Source: an uncultured Candidatus Actinomarina sp. (GTDB lineage Bacteria; Actinomycetota; Acidimicrobiia; Actinomarinales; Actinomarinaceae). From it: a stretch of 63,382 nt of DNA. Each line of letters opens with the position of its first letter. The first letter of the stretch is position 1. This document shows positions 18,873-29,522 of the stretch, piece by piece. The stretch spans positions 1 through 63,382 of the forward strand of contig CACJIM010000006.1 in NCBI GenBank assembly GCA_902593475.1, written 5' to 3'. The notes beneath the pieces were generated by a model that saw only the letters and a list, made by a program, of their open reading frames with translations, had not been told where the DNA came from and made no database searches. The translations under genes and the position numbers were made by a program.

Positions 18873-20174
18873 ATGAAAAAAGAACCAAATAAAAACTTTA
18901 ATTTCCTCCTGACTGCTTCAGCATTTAGTAATTTAGCTGATGGAATAGCTGGTTTTGCATACCCTTGGCTTTTTTCACTAATAACTCGAGACCCGTTATT
19001 AATTTCTTTAACGGTACTTTTAGCAACACTTCCACAATTGATATTTGTTTTGTTTGCAGGTGTAATTGCAGATAAGTTCAATAGAAAAAATATCTTAATT
19101 TTTACAAGAATTCTTCAAGTACTACTTACTTTGTCATTTATATTGCTTATATATTTTAACTTAGATTCCATTCCAAAAACTGTGCCGATTGTTGAGCCCG
19201 AGTTCAACAGAAAATTCTTATTAATAACGGTTTTCTATATTGGTGCATTTATATTTGGAATGCTAGAGGTTACAAGAGATAATGCTGCTCAATCTTTTTT
19301 ACCTCAAGTTGTTTCAAAAGATGAGTTACCTAAATCAAATGGGAGACTGTTCGGTTTTGAGTTGGTTGCAAATAATTTTCTAGGAGCACCAATAGCTGGG
19401 TTTTTAATTGGCCTCAGTTTAGTTACCCCATTTATCCTCGGTACATTTCTCTTGCTTTTGTCTGTTTTTTTTATTACTGCAATAAAAGGTGACTTTGAAA
19501 GAGCCGAAAAGAGTGCTAGCAACCAAACAACAATTAATCTGATTAAGGAAGGGGTTAGCTGGTTAAGTCATCAAATTCTTCTTCGTCGTCTTGCAATTTA
19601 TACTGGAATTGCAAACTTTTTTGGTTCAATGCAGTTTCCAATAATGATTTTATTTGGTCAGGAGATATTGGGGTTAGATTCTGTTCAATTTGCTTTTTTG
19701 GCATATGGTGGAGCTGTTGGAGGTTTAGTAGGAAGTCTTGTTGCTGAAAAAATTAACAAAAGGATAGGGGAATCTAAAACGTTACTCATTTCAATCGCTT
19801 TGTTTGGAATAGGAGGCTTTGTTCCTTTCATTACCTCTAATCCTTTTGTTGTAGCTGCTGCTTTTGGAGTTACAAGCTTTGGAAGTGTTCTTTGGAATGT
19901 TCAAGCGGTATCAATAAGACAAGCACTGATTCCAGATAAATTAATGGGTAGAGTAAACAGTGTTTATAGATTGCTAGCCCTTGGATTAACCCCCTTAGGT
20001 GCCTTATTTGGAGGTTTTATAGTAAAAATAACGGAAAATTCTTTTTCCAGAGAATTTGCAATAAGATTTCCTTTTCTAATTTGTGGAATATTCATGTTTA
20101 TTCTCTTTTTGACTGCACCGAAACTTTTATCCCAAAAATTAATCGATAAAACAAAAAATATCACTATAGATTAA
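18873..20174 (+). CDS. MFS transporter
   Basis: SNLADG, GVIADKFNRK, LMGRVNSVYR. Confidence 0.85.
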   Translation: MKKEPNKNFNFLLTASAFSNLADGIAGFAYPWLFSLITRDPLLISLTVLLATLPQLIFVLFAGVIADKFNRKNILIFTRILQVLLTLSFILLIYFNLDSIPKTVPIVEPEFNRKFLLITVFYIGAFIFGMLEVTRDNAAQSFLPQVVSKDELPKSNGRLFGFELVANNFLGAPIAGFLIGLSLVTPFILGTFLLLLSVFFITAIKGDFERAEKSASNQTTINLIKEGVSWLSHQILLRRLAIYTGIANFFGSMQFPIMILFGQEILGLDSVQFAFLAYGGAVGGLVGSLVAEKINKRIGESKTLLISIALFGIGGFVPFITSNPFVVAAAFGVTSFGSVLWNVQAVSIRQALIPDKLMGRVNSVYRLLALGLTPLGALFGGFIVKITENSFSREFAIRFPFLICGIFMFILFLTAPKLLSQKLIDKTKNITID

Positions 20175-20206
20175 ATAGAGAAAAAAATATATAATTTATA
20201 TCTGAA

Positions 20207-21604
20207 ATGGGAAAAACATTATTTGAAAAAATCTGGGATAGACACTTAGTTGCGTCTATAGATGAGAGTACAAATTTAGTATTTATAGATTTACATCTTG
20301 TACATGAAGTAACATCCCCTCAAGCGTTTGATAGCTTGAGGCTTGCTGGTAGAAAAGTTAAGCATCCTGAAATGACCCTTGCAACTGTCGACCATGGTGT
20401 CCCAACTTCAAATAGGCTACTGGGAATAAAAGACCCTTTATCTAAAATCCAGATTGAAGCTTTAGAAAATAATTGTGAGGAATTTGGAGTTACATTATTT
20501 GGTATTAATGATCCGCGTCAAGGAATCGTACATGTTATAGGACCAGAACAAGGAATAACCCAACCAGGAATGACAATTGTTTGTGGTGATAGCCATACAG
20601 CAACTCATGGAGCATTCGGTGCACTAGCTTTTGGCATAGGAACTTCAGAAGTAGAACATGTTTTAGCTACACAAACATTGGCAATGGAAAAACCCAAAAC
20701 AATGAAAGTTGAAGTAATTGGAGATGTATCTGAAGGCGTTGGACCAAAAGATATAATTCTAGGAATAATCAGAAAAATTGGAACTGGTGGTGGAGCCGGT
20801 CATGTTATTGAATATGTAGGTGATGTTATTCAAAATATGAGTATGGAAAACAGAATGACTATCTGCAATATGTCAATTGAAGGAGGAGCTAGAGCAGGAA
20901 TGATTGCTCCAGATGAGGTAACTTTCAATTATCTGAAAGAGAAAAATTATGCTCCTAAGGGTTCTGACTGGGATGATGCAATTGCTGAATGGGGAAATTT
21001 ATACTCTGATGAAGATGCTGAGTTTGATAAAGTTGTAACAATAAACGCTGATGAACTTGAACCATCTATATCATGGGGAACAAATCCTTCACAAGTAATT
21101 TTTATAAATGATACCATTCCTCATCCAGATGATTTCAATGAAGAATCTGAAAAAGAAGCGGCTTCAAGAGCTTTGGAATATATGGATTTAAAGCCTGGAG
21201 AAAAAATTAATGAAATCCAATTGGATAGAGTTTTTATTGGTAGCTGCACCAATGGAAGAATCGAAGATTTAAGAGAAGCTGCAGAAGTAGTCAAAGGGAA
21301 AAAAGTTTCGGAAACAATTGGCGCAATGATTGTTCCTGGGTCAACACTCGTTAAAAAACAAGCGGAAGAGGAAGGATTAGACAAAATATTCATTCAAGCT
21401 GGTTTTGACTGGAGAGAAGCAGGTTGCTCAATGTGTTTAGGAATGAATCCAGACATTTTAAGTCCCGGTGAAAGATGTGCCTCAACATCAAATAGAAACT
21501 ATGAAGGTAGACAGGGTGCTGGAGGTAGAACTCACTTAGTAAGTCCAAAAATGGCAGCTGCAGCAGCTCTATATGGAAAATTTGTTGATATTAGGAATCT
21601 GTAA
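20207..21604 (+). CDS. leuC: 3-isopropylmalate dehydratase large subunit
   Basis: [43 protein letters not shown]. Confidence 0.97.
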   Translation: MGKTLFEKIWDRHLVASIDESTNLVFIDLHLVHEVTSPQAFDSLRLAGRKVKHPEMTLATVDHGVPTSNRLLGIKDPLSKIQIEALENNCEEFGVTLFGINDPRQGIVHVIGPEQGITQPGMTIVCGDSHTATHGAFGALAFGIGTSEVEHVLATQTLAMEKPKTMKVEVIGDVSEGVGPKDIILGIIRKIGTGGGAGHVIEYVGDVIQNMSMENRMTICNMSIEGGARAGMIAPDEVTFNYLKEKNYAPKGSDWDDAIAEWGNLYSDEDAEFDKVVTINADELEPSISWGTNPSQVIFINDTIPHPDDFNEESEKEAASRALEYMDLKPGEKINEIQLDRVFIGSCTNGRIEDLREAAEVVKGKKVSETIGAMIVPGSTLVKKQAEEEGLDKIFIQAGFDWREAGCSMCLGMNPDILSPGERCASTSNRNYEGRQGAGGRTHLVSPKMAAAAALYGKFVDIRNL

Positions 21605-22192
21605 ATGAAGAAATTACGCACCATTGATTCCACGATGCTTCCACTTAATATGTCTAATGTTGACACCGATCAAATAATGCCCAAACAATTTCTTAAGCGT
21701 GTTGAGCGCTCAGGTTATGGTGAGTTCTTATTTTATGATTGGAAGAAAGAACCTGATTTTCCTCTAAACAATGAAGCATATCAAGGGTCAAAAGTTTTAG
21801 TTGCTGGAAATAATTTTGGAACTGGTTCTTCTAGAGAGCATGCACCTTGGGGCCTACAAGATTGGGGATTCGATGCGATAATTTCAACTAAATTTGCTGA
21901 TATCTTTAGATTAAATTCAATCAATATTGGTCTTGTACCTATAGAGACAAATCAAAAAAATATAGATGCACTATTTGCAAAAATTGAAGTTAATCCAAAA
22001 ACTAAAATCGAAATCTCTATAGAAAATAAAACAGTTCAATGTGAGGAAATAACATTTTCATTTGATTTAGATGATTTTTCTCAAAAACGAATTCTTGAAG
22101 GTTTAGACAAAATTGATATTACATTGGGCTACACAGATCAAATAGATAGCTTTAGTAAATCTAGAAAAAAATGGATGCCTAAACTAGTTTAG
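21605..22192 (+). CDS. leuD: 3-isopropylmalate dehydratase small subunit
   Basis: NVDTDQIMPKQFL, NFGTGSSREHAPW; abuts leuC. Confidence 0.97.
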   Translation: MKKLRTIDSTMLPLNMSNVDTDQIMPKQFLKRVERSGYGEFLFYDWKKEPDFPLNNEAYQGSKVLVAGNNFGTGSSREHAPWGLQDWGFDAIISTKFADIFRLNSINIGLVPIETNQKNIDALFAKIEVNPKTKIEISIENKTVQCEEITFSFDLDDFSQKRILEGLDKIDITLGYTDQIDSFSKSRKKWMPKLV

Positions 22193-23282
22193 ACAAAGTT
22201 AAACTTAAGCTGTCCGCGACCTCTTCTGATAACAAAAGTCCATTGTGTATTTGTAGTGATGGTCTTAAGCTTTCGTTATTTTTGTACTCATCAAACCAAT
22301 TTTCAACTAAAAGATAATCAACATATTTTTGTAAATTTGTAGATAACTCAATAGAAGAGGTTTTAGGAACTGCGCCTGGTAAGTTTGCAATTGCAGAAAC
22401 GATCACACCACTTCTTATTTCAAAAGGTTCACTATGAGTATTAGGCTTAACGCCTTCAACACAACCACCTTGATCAATAGCGACATCTACTATGACTGAA
22501 CCTTTTTCCATCGAACTTATATCATCTTCTGTAATTACAATTGGAGGCTTTCTTCCAGGTAACAAAACTGCACCAACAACTAAATCAGCAGACCTAATTG
22601 CGTTTGTAGCTGACGCACTTCCGCTGACTAAAGTGGTGATATTTTCTCCATACTGATTCTTTAACTCATTCAAAATATCTTCATTTATATCAATCGCAGT
22701 AACAGATGCACCAATCTGAATAGACTTATGAATTGAACTTCTACCAACTTCACCGCAACCAATAACAGTGACTTTTGAATTTTTTTCACCAGATAATGAT
22801 GAAAGAAGCAGTCCTTTTCCTTTTGAAGAGTATTCTAAAAATTGCATACCTTTCTGAATTGCTAAATTGCCAGCAATTTTTGACATAGGAATTAGCAGTG
22901 GATACTCTTTCCCGCTCATAATCATTTCAGTAGCAATCCCTGTTAATTTTTTTTCTAATAGTATTTTGGTAAGTGAAAGATTTGATGCAAGATGAAGATA
23001 ACCAAATAATACATGGTCAGAATTTAAGAGTTCAAACTCTTCAGATTGAGGTTCTTTGACTTTACAAATTATTTGTGCGGTTCCATAAAGTTCTTCTGCT
23101 GAAGACACAATTTTTGCTCCAGCTTGTTTATAATCTTCATCAGTAAAACCAGAGCCAACTCCGGCCTGGGTTTCAACAAAAATATCTGCTAAACCCGTAA
23201 ATTGAGTTATGTGTTCAGGAATTAAAGCAACTCTGCCTTCGTCCTGTTTAACTTCTTTTGGTATACCTAGCTTTTTAATCAT
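22179..23282 (-). CDS. ald: Alanine dehydrogenase (start revised to ATG 23282)
   Basis: MIKKLGIPKEVK..EGRVAL, KVKEP, YLHLA, DVAIDQGGC, NLPGAVP. Confidence 0.92.
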   Translation of the reverse strand: MIKKLGIPKEVKQDEGRVALIPEHITQFTGLADIFVETQAGVGSGFTDEDYKQAGAKIVSSAEELYGTAQIICKVKEPQSEEFELLNSDHVLFGYLHLASNLSLTKILLEKKLTGIATEMIMSGKEYPLLIPMSKIAGNLAIQKGMQFLEYSSKGKGLLLSSLSGEKNSKVTVIGCGEVGRSSIHKSIQIGASVTAIDINEDILNELKNQYGENITTLVSGSASATNAIRSADLVVGAVLLPGRKPPIVITEDDISSMEKGSVIVDVAIDQGGCVEGVKPNTHSEPFEIRSGVIVSAIANLPGAVPKTSSIELSTNLQKYVDYLLVENWFDEYKNNESLRPSLQIHNGLLLSEEVADSLSLTLSKLV

Positions 23283-24390
23283 TTGATGGAACTGTTTCTT
23301 GCAGGTGCTTATCAAGATACTTCATAAAAGGTGTACCACCCGTTCCAACAATGTTTGAGTTTGAATTATTTGTTAGAGACTGTTCAAAAATATATACTCT
23401 CGCATATTCCAAATGCTTATCTCTAAAAGTATGGACTTCATTTATTATTTCATTAATGATCATCCTGGATTTTTCATCTATGCTTAGATTTTTTCTTTTA
23501 TTTTCTGACCATTCATCTAGACCATTAAGTAATTCTCTATGTTCTTTAGGCATATACAATCTCATCTCATCCAAGTACTCTCTTAGTGGATCATTGGAAT
23601 GCGTGACGCCAAGAAGAGCATCAAGTGCTGGAACAATTGAACTTTGTGCTCCTGTTTCACCTCTGAAAAGTTGAGGTTCTTCATTGTAATCTTCAACACC
23701 CTCATAAATTACACCCTCTGGTGTAGCAGGGTTATTTTTCCAACCAAAGATGTATGGTCTCACCCGATTGTAATAAATAAATGGGTCACATTTTTCAGGC
23801 ATTCGATTCATAATTGAGTTGATTTTTTTAATACTCTCTAAAGATTTTTCTAATAATGATTTGTCCAAGTTTTCATCAAGAAAATATGATTTTAAATTTG
23901 AAAGTATAGCTTTTGCTTCATACTCAATAGCAACATGAATCATAATAAACCAATCTTCATCTACTCCTCCCAAGAAATTTTGCATGATTACTATATTCTC
24001 TAGATCAAAAGGCTTTGTATCATCAAGCATTTTCCAATTATTTAAGGCGTATGATGCATAGGAAAGAATTGGTGGTCTTTCTAATTTTTCAGATATAGCA
24101 AACCATGTTGTAGCAAGCTCTTTAGGGATTATATTTTCAACATGTTTTTTTCCCCACATATATGCGTGACCTACATAGGAATACAGTAGCATCGCTCTTT
24201 CCAATTCACTGTTACTTAGATTGCTGATATCTTTTTCTTGCGCTAATTGTTGTACTCTTTCGACAATTTGTTCATTCGCAAGTACTTTTGGAAGTTCGCT
24301 TGCAAGGTTTTCAATATCATCAAAGCTTGCTGGTAGCTTTTCACATATTTGGTTTGGTATAAAACCACTATCTAATATTTCTTGATGCAT
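23275..24390 (-). CDS. Indoleamine 2,3-dioxygenase-family heme dioxygenase
   Basis: RPPILSYASYALNNW, DEDWFIMIH, FRGETGAQSS, FRDKHL (proximal His), GTGGTPF. Confidence 0.88.
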   Translation of the reverse strand: MHQEILDSGFIPNQICEKLPASFDDIENLASELPKVLANEQIVERVQQLAQEKDISNLSNSELERAMLLYSYVGHAYMWGKKHVENIIPKELATTWFAISEKLERPPILSYASYALNNWKMLDDTKPFDLENIVIMQNFLGGVDEDWFIMIHVAIEYEAKAILSNLKSYFLDENLDKSLLEKSLESIKKINSIMNRMPEKCDPFIYYNRVRPYIFGWKNNPATPEGVIYEGVEDYNEEPQLFRGETGAQSSIVPALDALLGVTHSNDPLREYLDEMRLYMPKEHRELLNGLDEWSENKRKNLSIDEKSRMIINEIINEVHTFRDKHLEYARVYIFEQSLTNNSNSNIVGTGGTPFMKYLDKHLQETVPSND

Positions 24391-24456
24391 TTTCCCCCTT
24401 CAAGATCCGCAGAATTATAGCTTCTACATTACAATGGTAAACTATTCTTGGTTAAG

Positions 24457-25950
24457 ATGGGAAGTAAATTTTTTGTAATACTTGGAAGTCAGCTATTTAA
24501 TCCAAAAATTCTAAAAAAAAATGGCTGTAGTGAAGTGTTTATGGCTGAAGACTTTGGTCTTTGTACATATTTTAAACATCATAAACTAAAGCTCTATTTG
24601 TTTCTTGCTGGTATGCGTGAATATAGAGATGAACTGGAAAATGAATCTATATCTGTAAATTACTTTGAACTTTCAAGTCGTAAAAAAGAAGAAAGTTATG
24701 TCGACTCTCTTATTAAATTCCTAAAAAAGAAAAATTTATCTGAAATCAATATATTTGAAATAGAAGATAAAGCTTTTGAAGAAGAGTTTCTTAAAGCATT
24801 AAAAGCTGCCAATGTAACAGTAAATATTTTCCAATCACCAATGTTTATATTTGAAAGAAATGAATTTGTTTCTATGGCAAAAGGAAAGAAAGTTTATAGA
24901 ATGTCTTCCTTTTATCAAAAAGCTAGGAAAAATTTAGATATTTTAATGGATGAAAATGGAAAGCCAGTCGGTGGAAAGTGGTCATTTGACGAAGATAATA
25001 GAAAAAAAATACCAAAAAATGTAGAACCACCTGAAATGATTGTTTTTAAAAAATCAAAATATGATGAAGAAATTAAAAAACTTATTATTAACAATTTTGA
25101 TGATCATCCAGGTGATTTAGAAAATACTTGGTTTCCTGTAAACAGGGCTGGAGCCGAAAAACAGCTTGATAATTTTCTTAAAGTTCGTTTTGAAAACTTT
25201 GGAATTTACGAAGACGCAATGCTGGAAGAGAAGAATTTTCTTTTTCACAGCTGCATAAGCCCTTTTTTAAATATAGGTCTTTTAACGCCTGATATGGTTA
25301 TAAAAAAAACCTTACAGTATGCTGAAAAAAATAATGTGCCTATGAACTCAGTAGAGGGGTTTGTTAGGCAAATAATTGGTTGGAGAGAATTTATTAGGGG
25401 AATCTATCATGAAGAAGGTGCTTTACAATCAAAAAGTAATTACTGGAAGCATTCAAAAAAACTAACTTCATCATGGTACGACGGAACAACTGGCATTGAT
25501 CCGCTTGATGACTGTATAAAAACTACCCTCAAAGATGGTTACATACACCACATTCCACGGTTAATGGTTATAAGTAATATTATGAATTTATGTGGAGTAG
25601 ATCCTAAAGAAATCTATAAATGGTTTATGGAAATGTATATAGACTCTTCAGATTGGGTTATGGTTCCGAATGTTTTCGGGATGGCTACATATGCTGATGG
25701 AGGAATGATGTCTACAAAACCATATACATGTGGTTCAAACTATATTCTGAAAATGAGTAACTACAAAAAAGGTGATTGGTGTGACACTCTTGATGGTTTG
25801 TATTGGAAATTTACAGAAAAGAATAGAAAGTTTTATGAAAATAATCCAAGACTTGCGCTGCTAACAAGATCGCTTGATCGTCTTAATCCAGAAAGAAAAA
25901 ATCACATTTTTAAAAAAGCTGAAGATTTTATAAAGCAAAATACTATCTAA
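24457..25950 (+). CDS. Prokaryotic (6-4) photolyase (PhrB/CryB family), Fe-S cluster-less type
   Basis: ILGSQLF, HHKLK, GGKWSFDEDNR, EGFVRQIIGWREF, HHIPRLMV, WVMVPNV, TKPY. Confidence 0.9.
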   Translation: MGSKFFVILGSQLFNPKILKKNGCSEVFMAEDFGLCTYFKHHKLKLYLFLAGMREYRDELENESISVNYFELSSRKKEESYVDSLIKFLKKKNLSEINIFEIEDKAFEEEFLKALKAANVTVNIFQSPMFIFERNEFVSMAKGKKVYRMSSFYQKARKNLDILMDENGKPVGGKWSFDEDNRKKIPKNVEPPEMIVFKKSKYDEEIKKLIINNFDDHPGDLENTWFPVNRAGAEKQLDNFLKVRFENFGIYEDAMLEEKNFLFHSCISPFLNIGLLTPDMVIKKTLQYAEKNNVPMNSVEGFVRQIIGWREFIRGIYHEEGALQSKSNYWKHSKKLTSSWYDGTTGIDPLDDCIKTTLKDGYIHHIPRLMVISNIMNLCGVDPKEIYKWFMEMYIDSSDWVMVPNVFGMATYADGGMMSTKPYTCGSNYILKMSNYKKGDWCDTLDGLYWKFTEKNRKFYENNPRLALLTRSLDRLNPERKNHIFKKAEDFIKQNTI

Positions 25951-25958
25951 ATATTTTT

Positions 25959-26735
25959 TTATTTATTTAAATAATTACGAAATAAAATTGGTTCATCGGT
26001 AATGACACCATCGCATCCAATTTCTAAACAAGTCTTAAAATTTTCTATTGAATTTACAGTCCATACATGTAGTTGAAGATTATTTAATTTACAAAAATCC
26101 ACTAGTTTTTTTGAATAAACTTGTATCCCCCTCCACTTAAATGGGGCTTGGAGAGCTTGAACCTTAAAATTTCTTTTTTGTAAAGGTAAAAATCGTGCAA
26201 TAGCATTTTCTCGAAAAGTCCCAGAGGTTATTATTTCTCCCTTACTTACATTTAAAAACTCGTCTAATCTTTTCGGGCTAAATGAAGAAACTAATACTCT
26301 TTCTTTTGCATTTAGTGAGTTTATTATTTCTACAACCTTTTTTGCCATTCCCGTTTGCTTTAGATCAAGATTAAATTTTAACTTTTCACTCATTTTTAAG
26401 GCATCAACTAACCTAACAAAATTAGTTGTTTTATCTTTTTGTTGACTTTTTTCATAAAACTTATAACCAGCATTAATTTTAGAAATTTCACTCCAATTAA
26501 AGTCTTGTACTTTTCCAGATACATTTGTCGTTCTGTCAAAAGTTTCATCATGATGAAGAAATATTTCACCATCTTTAGACATACGTAAGTCAGTTTCAAA
26601 ATGCGAAAATCCTTCTTTAATTGCTAGCTCAAGACCATGAAGTGTATTCTCAGGTACTATATTTGACCCTCCGCGATGAGGAATAATCAGTGGTTTATCA
26701 CCATCAAAATATGATTTATTATCCAGAAACTCCAC
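25959..26735 (-). CDS. Glycerophosphodiester phosphodiesterase
   Basis: HRGG..PENT, ETD, HD, VWTVN, GVITD. Confidence 0.9.
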   Translation of the reverse strand: MEFLDNKSYFDGDKPLIIPHRGGSNIVPENTLHGLELAIKEGFSHFETDLRMSKDGEIFLHHDETFDRTTNVSGKVQDFNWSEISKINAGYKFYEKSQQKDKTTNFVRLVDALKMSEKLKFNLDLKQTGMAKKVVEIINSLNAKERVLVSSFSPKRLDEFLNVSKGEIITSGTFRENAIARFLPLQKRNFKVQALQAPFKWRGIQVYSKKLVDFCKLNNLQLHVWTVNSIENFKTCLEIGCDGVITDEPILFRNYLNK

Positions 26736-28044
26736 CTGTAAAATTAAAGTTTTTTAAATGTATGGCTGGTACTTTTAACATGCCTTCTCCAAATTCTGAA
26801 TCTGCATATCTAGACCTATCCCCAATAGATAAAACATTTCCAGGTGCAAGTGAAGCCATAAAGCTTTGTGTAAATCTTAATCTACCAATAGGTTTAACTA
26901 TCTTTCCATTTTCAATCAAAAAAGATCCATTTCTATTTAACCCAGTTACAACTTGGGTGATTGGATCTAAAACCCTGCAGTACCAAAACTCATTTATGTA
27001 AATACCCTTTTTAACACTTTTTATCATTTCTTCTTGTGAAACATTACCCTCCGAAAGTTTAATATTTGTACCTATTCCGCCAAAATTTTCTCCCCAACCA
27101 AACAATTCATGAAAAGTATTTTCAGCACTTAATTCCTTGGCAGTTCGCCTAGTATGAAAATAAGATTTTGAAACTCCATCTTTAACAACTTCTAAGTTTT
27201 TTTTCTTTGATCCGGACGCATCAATCTTAAACCCAATTGATTCATTATCTTCAGGAGTGTCAAAAATGTTTATTTGGCTATCAAACTGGTTTTCATCAAT
27301 GTTTATTGGACTCATACCATCAATTTTGCTTTTTGCATTAAAACCATAAACTCCAAGAAAAACCAATATAGTGCTAACTGCTTCGTGACCAAGAATTACT
27401 TCATAGTTTCCCGGCTCTATGTCTTCTGGGTTCTCACTGTCTTTTGCTAGTTTTGCTGCTTCACTACCAGCACGTTCAGCTTCTATGTCTGACAATGTTA
27501 TTCCTCCCCTGTGAGAAGACCCTGCTGATGATTCTGTTCTAAATATTCCATCAATGAATGCGCTGCTAGATGAATCAGAAGAATTTAACCCATTAGTGTT
27601 CCATACAAAGTAATTATTTATATAGCTAGAACAGTATCCTGCTGCGTTCATTTGTTTTCCCGCAGAAACAAATTCTAGAACCTTACTAGCCCTCTCCTCA
27701 GGTGATGATTCAACCAGCTTGGATAGACCATTATAGGATTGGGAGGCTTCAGGAAGGCCAGCCCAACCTTTGTCTATTGGACTTTTATTTAAAGAGTCCA
27801 TAGCTTTAGAAACAAATTCTTTTGGATTTTTTAATGCTGTTAAGTTAGTTGACATAGTTACAGTTTTAGAATCATTGTGTAATGTCAAAAATACGTCGGC
27901 AGATTCTTCATCCACATTTTGATGAATTTGAGAATTAGCAAACCTTGTTAATGCACTTTTTGAGTGCATCATTTTTAATTCACATTCTGTATCAGAAGGA
28001 ATATTTTTTTCAATATCTTGAAGTAGGTCTTCCCAAATTTTCAT
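26719..28044 (-). CDS. TldE/PmbA family protein
   Basis: TRFANSQIHQN, PGNYEVIL, terminal NFNFTG; ATGA-coupled to tldD. Confidence 0.85.
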   Translation of the reverse strand: MKIWEDLLQDIEKNIPSDTECELKMMHSKSALTRFANSQIHQNVDEESADVFLTLHNDSKTVTMSTNLTALKNPKEFVSKAMDSLNKSPIDKGWAGLPEASQSYNGLSKLVESSPEERASKVLEFVSAGKQMNAAGYCSSYINNYFVWNTNGLNSSDSSSSAFIDGIFRTESSAGSSHRGGITLSDIEAERAGSEAAKLAKDSENPEDIEPGNYEVILGHEAVSTILVFLGVYGFNAKSKIDGMSPINIDENQFDSQINIFDTPEDNESIGFKIDASGSKKKNLEVVKDGVSKSYFHTRRTAKELSAENTFHELFGWGENFGGIGTNIKLSEGNVSQEEMIKSVKKGIYINEFWYCRVLDPITQVVTGLNRNGSFLIENGKIVKPIGRLRFTQSFMASLAPGNVLSIGDRSRYADSEFGEGMLKVPAIHLKNFNFTGGVSG

Positions 28045-29477
28045 CCACGAACTCCAATACGCGTATTTTTAAATCTTGCTGGAGAAGCTGGGTGTCCAGT
28101 GTGTCCAATTTGGCTTGGTTGCCCTTTGCCACAGTTTGGAGTTCCCCAAAATACCCACTCTTCCTCACCTGACAACATATCCATATTTCCCCAAAACTCA
28201 GGTGTAATTCCCGTATAGGTCGGGTTCTTTACCATATCAATTATTTTTCCATTTTTAACTAACCAACCAACTTCACATCCAAATTGAAAATTTAGTCTTA
28301 AGTCATCTATGGACCAAGAACGGTTAGTTTCCATATAGATTCCCTCATCTGTAGCTTCTATAATTTCATCTAACGATGAGTCACCTGGAAGCAAGCCAAC
28401 ATTAGTCATCCTTACCATGGGCAATCTTCCAAAACCATCTGCACGAACCATACCGCCCGGTGGTACTCCTGCAACAGCAGCACTATCTCTACCTGACAAA
28501 ACTCCGGTCCAAATTCCTTCTTTTACAATATCAACTCTTTGGGCAGGAGTTCCTTCGTCATCGTATTTAAATGTTGCAAGTGCTCCAGGTAGTGTGGCGT
28601 CAGCAACTATATTCATTAATTCTGAACCATATTTGTGCTTATTTAATTTTTTTAGATCTAAATGAGAGGTTCCAGCATAAGCTGCTTCCCAACCTAAAAT
28701 TCTGTCAAGCTCAATAGCATGCCCTACAGATTCATGAATTTGTAAAGCAAGCTGGCTACCCTCAAGGATTAAGTCCATCGTTCCTTGGGGACATTGAGGA
28801 GCTACCAAAAGCCTTTGGGATTCCTCAGCTAATCTATCTAAATGACTTTCGAATTCAAAACTTTTTATTACTTCCCAGCCACCAGTTCTATATTCACCAA
28901 AAGATTGCGGGTATGACCTTATTTGGGTTTCTCCATCGCCTACTGATAATGAAGATATTCCTCCTCCGGATTCAATAATATTTTGATATATTTTGTGCCC
29001 CTGACTTGAAGCAAACCACTTTTCTGTATCCCAAAAATCTAATCTTCCAAAAGCTCTTGAACTACCGAGTTTTTTCATCTTTTCAGTAGATGAGATTAAA
29101 AGATCGATTTGTTCAGAACTCGAGACTGAAAAAGGATTTTCTTCGTGTGGAGTCGTATAAGTATCTTCAACTACAGGTACATCAGCAAATGGTAATTCTT
29201 CTCCAGGTACCATTGCAGATGCTTTAGCTATTTCAAAAGATTTTTTTCCTGCTTGTTTTAAAGACTCGCTAGATAAATCATATGTGGAATAAAAACCCCA
29301 AGAAGAACCTACTAATGCTCTAATTCCAATCCCAATTTTTTCATTCTCATTAAAATTTTCGATTTCTCCATTTTTTGCTGCAATACTTCTTGATTTAGAA
29401 ATTAAAACTCTTGCATCAGAATATTTTGCTCCGCTATCTATTGCTGAGTCAATGGCAATTTCCAAATGTTCGAACAT
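28041..29477 (-). CDS. tldD: TldD family metalloprotease
   Basis: HESVGH (HExxxH), YDDEG, RMTN, CGKGQP. Confidence 0.9.
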   Translation of the reverse strand: MFEHLEIAIDSAIDSGAKYSDARVLISKSRSIAAKNGEIENFNENEKIGIGIRALVGSSWGFYSTYDLSSESLKQAGKKSFEIAKASAMVPGEELPFADVPVVEDTYTTPHEENPFSVSSSEQIDLLISSTEKMKKLGSSRAFGRLDFWDTEKWFASSQGHKIYQNIIESGGGISSLSVGDGETQIRSYPQSFGEYRTGGWEVIKSFEFESHLDRLAEESQRLLVAPQCPQGTMDLILEGSQLALQIHESVGHAIELDRILGWEAAYAGTSHLDLKKLNKHKYGSELMNIVADATLPGALATFKYDDEGTPAQRVDIVKEGIWTGVLSGRDSAAVAGVPPGGMVRADGFGRLPMVRMTNVGLLPGDSSLDEIIEATDEGIYMETNRSWSIDDLRLNFQFGCEVGWLVKNGKIIDMVKNPTYTGITPEFWGNMDMLSGEEEWVFWGTPNCGKGQPSQIGHTGHPASPARFKNTRIGVRG

Positions 29478-29522
29478 GTAATATAGATTACCAATTTAAA
29501 GAGTAAAGATAAAATTAAAAAA

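Noticed and set aside
26719-29477. TldD/PmbA as part of a RiPP cluster
   Set aside because: No precursor peptide or modifying enzymes adjacent; the pair is commonly housekeeping.
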